Positions 54,077 to 64,000 of a stretch of DNA of 64,000 bases are shown one piece after another. Positions within the stretch are counted from its first letter, which is position 1. Every line of letters begins with the position of its first letter. The stretch spans positions 148,304,001 through 148,368,000 of the forward strand of contig OZ024743.1 of the NCBI GenBank assembly GCA_964016885.1, read 5' to 3'. The position numbers and the translations under genes were made by a program. This DNA is from Eledone cirrhosa. Taxonomy: Eukaryota. The notes under the pieces are model-generated. The model saw nothing but the letters and a program-made list of their open reading frames with translations. It was not told where the DNA came from and ran no database searches.

Positions 54077-55680
54077 CTATCCGTTAGGGTATAACGTGTG
54101 GCTGTAATACAGGAAGGTTTTGTGCAATTTATGTTTACAAGCCGAAATTGCCTCAGACTTTTTGTTTAAGATGTGGTCTGTGGCGCAGAGTATTTCCAGG
54201 GCCTCAGCGGCGCAGAAGTCACATCGTCTTTTCTTTCCGTTATACGATCTAGCCCTAGCTAAGATCTCCCAGTGTAACTTATATTGGGTGTGGTTGTCTT
54301 TTAGACTCCAGATATAAGCTGAAAGTGACGTTATATTCCTTCTTGGAGGGTAACGAAAAGAATGGGTATGCGTGTAAAGACGCTGCTTGAATCTATTGGC
54401 GGTTAACACTATGTAGGCCCTACGGGACGTGAGTGTTACAACCTTACATTTGTAGACAATGTTACTAGAGAGGCATTTCCCGGAAAGGGGGAAATCAACC
54501 CGATTCCTACAATTACAGTTAGTACTAACTACAGGGTTGCACGTGTTCCTACGGCTAGGTAGTTTAGCTAAATTTGAAGCTGTGATGTTATGTGCAAGGT
54601 TAGGAGTCGTAGAGTAGGAAATTTTAATAGTATTTCTATTAAAAATTTTACTATATTTATGTGTAGGGGGAAAATGCTTCGTAATAAGGGAAAGAAATAT
54701 CTTAGCTAAAAGTGTGGCCACCTCCATATTATATGGTGGGTTATACCAACAAATGCGACGGGATCTATTTCTTCTAGGTCTATTTTCGTACTCTGTATAT
54801 GCTACCTTATCGACAAATCCACTTCGAGCAAGAGCTTCATTGTAATAAGTGGAATGGTCGTTGAAAATACGCTCGTTGGTGGAAAGACGGGAAAGCCTCA
54901 ACGAAACGTTACTTACCAGGTTCTTGGTTATGCTGGCAGGATGGTTGGAATGCTTACTTATGTAATTAAGCGTATCATTCGGCTTTCTATACGGGTAATA
55001 CAACCCATTCAATAAATTGAGGGTAACGTCAAGGTAATTAACGACCGAGAGATTGGCCTCAACCTGTATAGAGAGGTTGAAGCCTTTAAAGAAGGCTGTG
55101 AGTTCTTTTCTGAACCTGTCGCAAGCACGAGGTCCGCACTTAGTTATGGTCAAAAGACCGTCGTCACGGTACAAACTACCGCCCGCGTTAGGGAATTCGT
55201 CCTTGATAGAGAAAAGAAGGAAAAGGCCGATAAGATCAGTAACCTCCGCAGAATCACTGGCGCCCATACTCACGTCGAATGGGGTACTATTGGATTTTTT
55301 AATCCAAATAGAGTCGTCGAAATTAATCACCGACTTTCGGGCATTCAGGATGACATCAACTTCGAAATCCTTAACCACTGTGAGTGTTTTAACGAAATTG
55401 ATAGCTCTAAGAAGAAGTGGTAAAGTGATGGAGGAGTAGTAATCGTTGATGTCGAATTGGATAAAACGGCAATGTTCCTTGTTACATATGCCGTTGAACC
55501 AATCAATCACCGCGAAAGAATTGTTCCACAGTGCAAGAGAGAGGCCAAACTTCTAATTTCAGGTATAATTCTATCAAGAATCGTTTTACTAAGTCTACCT
55601 AAATCGGACTTCGTAGGGTTAATAAGCCGAATAGAGGGGTTTTTCGGAAAATTGGATTTGTGATCCTTCAGGGTAAAGTG
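54077..55680 (-). pseudogene. PLE reverse transcriptase + Zn finger + GIY-YIG endonuclease (N-truncated, one frameshift near 55538)
   Basis: TLKDHK..RLINPTKS, FDINDYYSSI, MGA, YRDDGL, YLDVTLNL, WYNPPY, CNCR..PL.GKC, IVYKC..YI, CDFC..E, LNKKSE..CKH. Confidence 0.92.
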
Positions 55681-56510
55681 GGGGAGAAATAGGGTCCAGA
55701 GGTTCGGTCCGGTCCAGGATGTTTTGATTGTTTATGTTATGGCGTATACATTTTTTTATTTTTTATTCTGGTACATATGGTTTGGCTATGTGTATACGGG
55801 AGTTTTGCGTCTGTGTGAGTATGCAGGTTCGTACGTATGTAGGGTGTGTGTATATGCGTATTTCATGTTTTGCTTGACTTACGTCTCCTAACATTCGTGT
55901 ATTTACATGGAGGTATGTGTGTGCGCTTGTTATATACGTATTTATTTAATTATTTATTTATTTGTACACACGCATACACACACACACATATTTATATGTG
56001 CGTGGTTTTGTATACCTATGGTAAGTGTTTTGCGTTTGCTTGTGTATATACGTATTTGTTAGCGGGTATGTATTTATTTATTTCTATTACTTCTGTATTG
56101 TATTTATTTACTTTGTTCTTAACTCTGTAGCGGAGATTCATTCGGTCTCCTAGTTAGAATTTTAGTCTACGACTTCTGCTATACCATTTACGTGGTTTTG
56201 TCTTTGCGTGCTATTGTTCTCCACGCTCCACATATGACGTATTATCTTCGTTTTTTTCGTTCATTGCCGGAGAACGTCTCTATGAACCACCTAAGAGAAC
56301 ATTAGTCTACGACCTCTTTTATGCCATAAACGTGGTTCTGTCTTTGCGCGTAATTGTTTTTCACCGCTCCTATTAATGACGTATCTTATTCGTTTTTTCC
56401 CGTTCTTTGCCAGCGAGCGTTTCCACGAACCAAAGTATCGTCTTCCTGTCTTCCTCCGGTTGCAACGTTTTTTGAAATATCCTCTTCTGCGTTTACAGAT
56501 TGACTTTGTT

Positions 56511-56561
56511 AGTTTCAGAAGATCCCGTTAAGGGGGAAAGCAGCGATTCTTTGCTTAAACT
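56511..56561 (+). ncRNA. Hammerhead-like motif (CAGAAGA core variant); mirror copy 53100-53150 (-)
   Basis: AGTTT-CAGAAGA-tCCCgttaaGGGg-GAA-AGCA..TGCT-T-AAACT; all three stems are present. Confidence 0.6.
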
Positions 56562-56668
56562 TTAATCTGTTATTTTAATAAATATTTGCTCTACGGTTCT
56601 TATATATTTGATATATATTTATCCTTATCGAGCCCTCTTTGGATTTTAGTCTTGAAATTTATTATTAT

Positions 56669-56710
<42 letters not shown>

Positions 56711-56715
<5 letters not shown>

Positions 56716-57487
56716 TAAACGGAATAGAAAATGCTGACAAATTGTTCACAGTTGAAAAATGGTTTAATTAGGAATAAAAGAGTATTGGTGATTGTATGGG
56801 TTAGTATTCAGTTGTGGTTTTAAGTTTTTAAGTTTTTACCGGTTGCGCATTTCTAAATGCTTTTCAAAAATAATTTTGAGATAGAGTGTCCGTGCTGTTT
56901 GCTCTGATCTGATTAGTTTTGAGAATTCTACCTGTTTTTATGTTAAAAAAGTGGCTCCAGCGTTACTTTGGTGTTGCAAAAATTCTTGTGGTCAAAACAA
57001 TTTTGATTGGTCGGTAGAGGTCATTATTCACATGACCTCTACCGACCAATCAAAATTGTTTTGACCACAAGAATTTTTGCTGGAGCCTCTTTTTTAACAT
57101 AAAAACAGTCTTGGCGCAAAATCAATTTTTTACATTAACGTGACCTCTACCGACCAATCAAAATTGTTTTGACCACAAGAATTTTTGCAACACCAAAGTA
57201 ACGCTGGAGCCACTTTTTTAACATAAAAACAGGTAGAATTCCCAAAACTAATCAGATCAGAGCAAACAGCACGGACACTCTATCTCAAAATTATTTTTGA
57301 AAAGCATTTAGAAATGCGCAACCGGTAAAAACTTAAAAACTTAAAACCACAACTGAATACTAACCCATACAATCACCAATACTCTTTTATTCCTAATTAA
57401 ACCATTTTTCAACTGTGAACAATTTGTCAGCATTTCCTATTCCGTTCACCAATATATAATAACTTGTGTGTTACACCTCTATTCTTT

Positions 57488-57491
<4 letters not shown>
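56711..57491. mobile_element. ~310-bp near-perfect inverted repeat + tail in (TA)n (PLE-end architecture)
   Basis: Arms 56711-57023 and 57141-57454, with an extra partial copy at 57031-57107 and a tail to 57491. Confidence 0.8.
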
Positions 57492-57548
<57 letters not shown>

Positions 57549-57879
57549 GGGGTCCTGACTCTTTTCCTACATATATATATACATTTGCCGATGTTAATCA
57601 ATGGTAAATTTTGATGATTGTTGCTGCATGAAATGGTATCATATAGGCTTTGTGGAAATTTAGTTGGCATGTAAATATAATATTTATTCTGTCTCTACAG
57701 TTTTAACCTAATTAGACTGTCTTCTGTAAAATGTTAGATATGTGTTTCCTATGATATTGGCAGTGTGCAACACTCTGAGGTCTCGGACTTTTAAATCTAA
57801 TTCTTTCATGTAGCTATCATAGAGCTACATGATCTTTATATATTATATATCAATCTCTTTTGATATATATATATATATT

Positions 57880-59189
57880 ATTGGCAGCTCAGTCTCCATG
57901 CTTCTGCAATGTGCTTTTTTTTTGTCCCTCTTTTCTGCTGCGAGTTGACCTTATTTTGTATCTGCGTCTGCGATCCCCTTGCAGACAGTTTCGTGTGAGG
58001 TATCATGGTCCCAAACCTGTATCTTCCAGCTGGAAGGAGGGGTGTTGCTGGCTTTCATGTATCACTTGCATGCATCCCTGAAGTGGAGCAATGGGTGACC
58101 CACTTGCCCAATGCCAGTGGCCAGCTGTCCATACAGGATATGTTTTGGCAACCTCCCATCCTCCATATGCCGAATATGTCCTAACAAACAAAGATTGCAC
58201 TAGCTCAGCAAGGATTACATGATGGGAATCCTTGCACATCGTAGGATTTCATTGTGTGGGATATGATCCTGCCTGCTGACTTCAAGGATGCATTTGAGAC
58301 ACTCCATGTGGAAGGAATTGAGTTGACGTTTTTTGCCTCTTGTAGGTGTTCCAGGTTTCACTTCCATAGAAAAATGTGCTAAGAACTCAGGTCTGGTAGA
58401 GTAGAATCTTTGTGTGTTCTGTTAGTGTTCTATTCTCCTACACCCTCTTAGTCACTCTAGTAGTTATGATGGTGTTTCACTTCCCAAGCTACCTGTCAAG
58501 TTCAACGTCGAGTGAAAGTGTATTGCTAATTGTAGACCCCAGGTTAGTGAAGTTGTCCATTGTTTCCAGGGTGACATTGTTGATTTTGATTTTGATTGAG
58601 ATAGACGTATTAACACCCCGTGAACTGACGTTGGTCTTCTTTGGGCTTAAGTTAGGCCCAAATTGCTTGCAAGCGTCAAGAAAGTGATCATTTAATCTCT
58701 GGAGAGCTTCCTGAAAGTGAGCTACAAGGGCTGCGTCATCAGCGCAAAGCATCTCTCTGATGAGCACCCTCCTCACCTTAGTCTTTGAGTGCAGCCATGC
58801 CAGATTTAAGAGCTTCCTGTCTGATCTGGTGTGCAGCCAATTCCATTGCTGGTGGGGCCCCTCGGGATCATTACCGTTCTAGAAGAATAAAAGAATGTGT
58901 AATTCTTCTCTCTGAAAGAGCTGCTGGTAGTGAGCTTAGTTTCCTGAAGGGAAGCTATGCTGATGCTGTGTGTGGAGAGCTCTCTGCCAATGATTGCTGT
59001 TTTCCTTGTGTTGTCTACATCTCTAAGATCATCAGACACACCTATGTACATGGTGCGCACGTTCCAGCTTGCAAGTTAAAGAGCTGGAATCTTCTTCGAT
59101 TTGTTTTGCTTAAATCTATTTGTATCTTGTACAAGATTCCCGTCTGCTTGTTGTGCATGTCAATACACTGAGCTCCAGGCACCCGCTGA

Positions 59190-59200
<11 letters not shown>
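57880..59200 (-). mobile_element. RTE (BovB-like) LINE with large internal deletion
   Basis: APE N-terminus (SWNVRTM..SLQETKL, 58806-59080) joined at ~58790 to the RT C-terminus (LCADDAAL..FTNLGSTIS). Confidence 0.85.
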
Positions 59201-59539
<339 letters not shown>

Positions 59540-61092
59540 AAGATGAATATAAAATGAAAGTGCTTTTTAAAAAAAAAGGAATTTATTAGGTATTGACATA
59601 TGTTTATGTAACAGACGGAATACCTATGTATCGCTGCTTGCGTAATCATATAATGTTAGCAAGTATTCGATAGCAAATGTATAACCAGTTGTCACTTCTT
59701 CAGAGATTTTGGATAAATTGGCTAAAATCAGAAAAATTGAAGTATTTATATTAGTTGTAATAGAGGAAGAAGAGTATATGACAGTAGTATATGACAGATG
59801 GTAATTCAATTTACTGCTAAACAAGTATATGAAGGGTTTCTAATGAGAATACAATGAGTAAATGGTTTATTTTATCTAAATAAGAATTTTGGGGAGTGCC
59901 TATTTTAATCTATACTTGACCAATTGAACAATGGACAGGGCTGGTCATTTGGTGTAGTAGTATTAATTATAAAGTGTCAATTGAGGAAGGGGGAGATTTC
60001 GACTGCTACTGAATAACATCAATGCTAGTAGCCAGCTGGTATATGCATTAGGGAATTGAATTAAGAAATCAGAAATCTCATTTTATCTATAGCAGTTTAT
60101 ATTAAATGGTAAATAATAGAAGAATTGATAGCATTAAGACTAGTAGAATGTTAATATGTAGTTTGACAATCAAACGGAGATGGAGACAGGCGTTCAATCC
60201 TGGTAGTATTTGTAATATGAAAATGTAGATTTTAAGCGATGGATACAGTATAACGATCGCTCTATTCTGTTATTTAATAAAATGTTTTGGATTTCATAAT
60301 ACAAAATAATTCCATATTACATAATTTACAAAATTCCTGTCCGTGGGATTATATGGAGGGGCAGCTGCTATTATATCCCATTTTAGGTTAAATTGTTGGT
60401 TATTTTCACGCAGCTGCCAAGCCTTGTCCGCGAGTGTTGTTACATAACGCTGGTTTTCATGTTTTATCGAGTAACGATGTCTATAAAGGCGTGATTTGAA
60501 GGAGGTGGCTGTAGATCCCACATAGTACCACTTCTGTCTATCCGATTCGATAGTACATTTGTATATGATGTTGCGTTCAAGACACTGATTGTTCAACGGA
60601 CACATTCCTGATTGGACACAGTTACAGTTATAATTTTGCGTTGTTGTATTGGCATGGATGGGTTGCTTAGGTAGGACAGGATGTTGTTTGTTGTTTTGTG
60701 ATGTTATAGCTAATGTTTTACGTGTATTGTTATGTGTTGGAAGGCGTTTATACAACCGTTTTGCGTTAAGCTTTTTTATATGTTGTTCAATATTAGGGGC
60801 GGTTGAATATGAAAGTCGAATAGTGTTAGGGTTTAAGATTTTATTATATTTATGTGATGTTGGAAAGTGTTTTTTAACTAATTGAAATGATTGTGAGGGT
60901 AAATTGGTGTTAATAGAGTTGTTATAGACCTGGTTGTACCAAATATACTCTTTACATCGCCTTCTGTTTGGTGGTGTGCGACTATTATTGTGTCTAACAG
61001 CGTACGTGTAGGTTTGCTCAACGAGTATAAATTATATTCCGGAGAAAATGTAGAAAAGATGAATATATAATGAAAGTGCTTTTTTTAAAAAA

Positions 61093-61961
61093 CACCCAAA
61101 ATATATCCCATAGGAGTAGAAATAGCACAGAATCACCACCATACATACACTACCGCAATAGACACAATAATAGTCGCACACCACCAAACAGAAGGCGATG
61201 TAAAGAGTATATTTGGTACAACCAGGTCTATAACAACTCTATTAACACCAATCTACCCTCACAATCATTTCAATTAGTTAAAAAACACTTTCCAACATCA
61301 CATAAATATAATAAAATCTTAAACCCTAACACTATTCGACTTTCATATTCAACCGCCCCTAATATTGAACAACATATAAAAAAGCTTAGCGCAAAACGGT
61401 TGTATAAACGCCTTCCAACACATAACAATACACGTAAAACATTAGCTATAACATCACAAAACAACAAACAACATCCTGTCCTACCTAAGCAACCCATCCA
61501 TGCCAATACAACAACGCAAAATTATAACTGTAACTGTGTCCAATCAGGAATGTGTCCGTTGAACAATCAGTGTCTTGAACGCAACATCATATACAAATGT
61601 ACTATCGAATCGGATAGACAGAAGTGGTACTATGTGGGATCTACAGCCACCTCCTTCAAATCACGCGTTTATAGACATCGTTACTCGATAAAACATGAAA
61701 ACCAGCGTTATATAACAACACTCGCGGACAAGGCTTGGCAGCTGCGTGAAAATAACCAACAATTTAACCTAAAATGGGATATAATAGCAGCTGCCCCTCC
61801 ATATAATCCCACGGACAGGAATTTTGTAAATTATGTAATATGGAATTATTTTGTATTATGAAATCCAAAACATTTTATTAAATAACAGAATAGAGCGATC
61901 GTTATACTGTAACCATCGCTTAAAATCTACATTTTCATATTACAAATACTACCAGGATTGA
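61093..61961 (+). pseudogene. PLE Zn finger + GIY-YIG C-terminal fragment (mirror copy 60201-60995 on -)
   Basis: WYNQVY, HKYNKILN..IRLSYS, CNC..CPLNNQC, IIYKC..YVGST; after frameshifts, CKLC..E and LNNRIE..CNH. Confidence 0.9.
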
Positions 61962-62451
61962 ACGCCTGTCTCCATCTCCGTTTGATTGTCAAACTACATA
62001 TTAACATTCTACTAGTCTTAATTCTATCAATTCTTCTATTATTTACCATTTAATATAAACTGCTATAGATAAAATGAGATTTCTGATTTCTTAATTCAAT
62101 TCCCTAATGCATATACCAGCTGGCTACTAGCATTGATGTTATTCAGTAGCAGTCGAAATCTCCCCCTTCCTCAATTGACACTTTATAATTAATACTACTA
62201 CACCAAATGACCAGCCCTGTCCATTGTTCAATTGGTCAAGTATAGATTAAAATAGGCACTCCCAAAAATTCTTATTTAGATAAAATAAACCATTTACTCA
62301 TTGTATTCTCATTAGAAACCCTTCATATACTTGTTTAGCAGTAAATTGAATTACCATCTGTCATATACTACTGTCATATACTCTTCTTCCTCTATTACAA
62401 CTAATATAAATACTTCAATTTTTCTGACTTTATCCAATTTATCCAAAATCT

Positions 62452-62560
62452 CTGAAGAAGTGACAACTGGTTATACATTTGCTATCGAATACTTGCTAAC
62501 ATTATATGATTACGCAAGCAGCGATACATAGGTATTCCGTCTGTTACAGAAACATATGTC
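62452..62560 (+). ncRNA. Hammerhead-like motif with extended stem II
   Basis: CTGAAGA-a-GTGACA..~75 nt..TGTTAC-a-GAA-ACATATGT-C, then AATAAA at 62568; stem I is poor. Confidence 0.5.
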
Positions 62561-62722
62561 AATACCTAATAAATTCCTTTTTTTTAAAAAAGCACTTTCA
62601 TTTTATATTCATCTTTTCTACATTTTCTTCGGAATATAATTTATACTCGTTGAGCAAACCTACACGTACGCTGTTCATCTCTAACGTAACGATATATTAT
62701 CACTACATTATTGATAACCTGA

Positions 62723-62781
<59 letters not shown>

Positions 62782-63172
62782 TATCTGTCTCTAAAACATA
62801 GACATCTCAATGAAAGGATAAGAAATAAATCATCTACTGAGAGAAGGAATTCAACTGTGTGTAAACACATACACACAAACACATATATATTAAAACGCTG
62901 ATTAATATGTAAAACTATTAATCAAATTGTCTAACAAATTCATAGGTCAATAAGAGTGCTAAAAACAGCCACTGTTAGAACCTACAGTAAGCTCTACTAA
63001 TTTAAAATTAAACACTTTCATTAGGAGCAGTAACACAATAATCCAAAGGTAAAACATTGTCATAGAAATAGAGAAAATTTGGAGTTTTACCATCTTTATG
63101 TAAGTTCTTTTACTTGCTATCCAATTTTTCTTTGGCAATGCATCTATGAATACATACATACACACACACATA

Positions 63173-63234
<62 letters not shown>

Positions 63235-63241
<7 letters not shown>

Positions 63242-64000
63242 GGGAAGAAAGAGGAAAACTGCGTAGTTGCACATGGGTTACATATTATAAAATTAGTCCC
63301 TCATCATTGGTATTTCATCGCATTAAAAATCATATAGCTCAGGTTGGTGCGAGCAATAACTAAAATAAGCTATTGGGACAAGTGAACCACGTAAAGCGAG
63401 TGAGACAAGTAAACAACATAGAAAGAAAAGCAAACCGAAGGTAGGAATAAAGCAAGCAACATGATGGTTATCCGATCAGCATAATCTGGTTGAATTTCAT
63501 GAGCGGTCAGAAAACAGACCGTTCGACGTGAATGAGATGCGAGAAAGAAAGAATCCCACTACTAACGAACGGGTGGAAGTGAGAAGGGGAGAAACAGAGA
63601 GTGAGTGAGTGGAAGTGCGAGGAAGAGGTCAGTCGAGAGAAAGTGTAACTGACAGAGAGGGCGAAAGAAGGTGAGAGAAACAGAGAGAACGGGGGAGCAG
63701 AAAGAGAGAAACAGACAATCGCAGTCGAGGTAAATATGTATAAAATACATGGGAAGAAAGAGGAAAACTGCGTGGTTGCACATGGGTTACATATTATAAA
63801 ATTAGTCCCTCATCAGTGATTTGTCAACCATCATTGGTATTTCATCGCATTAAAAATCATATACCTCAGGTTGGTGCGAGCAATAACTAAAATAAGCTAT
63901 TAGGACAAGTGAATCGCGTAAATCGACTGAGACAAGTAAACAACATAGAAGGAAAAGAAAACCGAAGGTAGGAAAATAGCAAGCAACATGATGGTTATCC
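63235..64000. repeat. ~510-bp tandem repeat adjoining (TA)n, runs off window end
   Basis: 63238-63473 is repeated at 63747-64000 with an 18-bp indel. Confidence 0.85.

Noticed and set aside
55723-56586. SECIS element in Naiad UTR
   Set aside because: The ATGA motifs lack the apical AA and matching GA by eye, and there is no in-frame TGA in the visible ORF.
56733-56765. CTGACAA..GAAA hammerhead-like string
   Set aside because: G8 is missing in both arms, there is no stem I or III, and it points inward.

Overview
AT-rich, repeat-dense eukaryotic (metazoan) genomic DNA with no recognisable host protein-coding gene. The SINE types, RTE/Penelope content and abundant (TA)n suggest an octopus/coleoid mollusc (inference). 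It contains a near-full-length but frameshifted Tx1/L1 retrotransposon (1-4244), and two GIY-YIG Penelope-like elements (PLEs, Naiad-type motifs) as head-to-head inverted pairs in (TA)n tracts (53078-56670, 59535-62728). It also holds degraded RTE, R4/Dong, CR1-like and mariner fragments, a Helitron 3' end, piggyBac-type MITEs and several tRNA-derived SINE families. The most notable signal is a set of small non-coding elements sitting in (TA)n that repeat the PLE architecture (inverted arm + arm + 3' tail). Most carry minimal or variant hammerhead ribozymes, some with ~60-80 nt stem-II insertions. Several share a covarying stem motif in the tail. One family (33861-34421, 40802-41049) has a complete tRNA-like cloverleaf followed by a T-run and no canonical hammerhead. 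All calls were made by eye, so coordinates of degraded elements are approximate.
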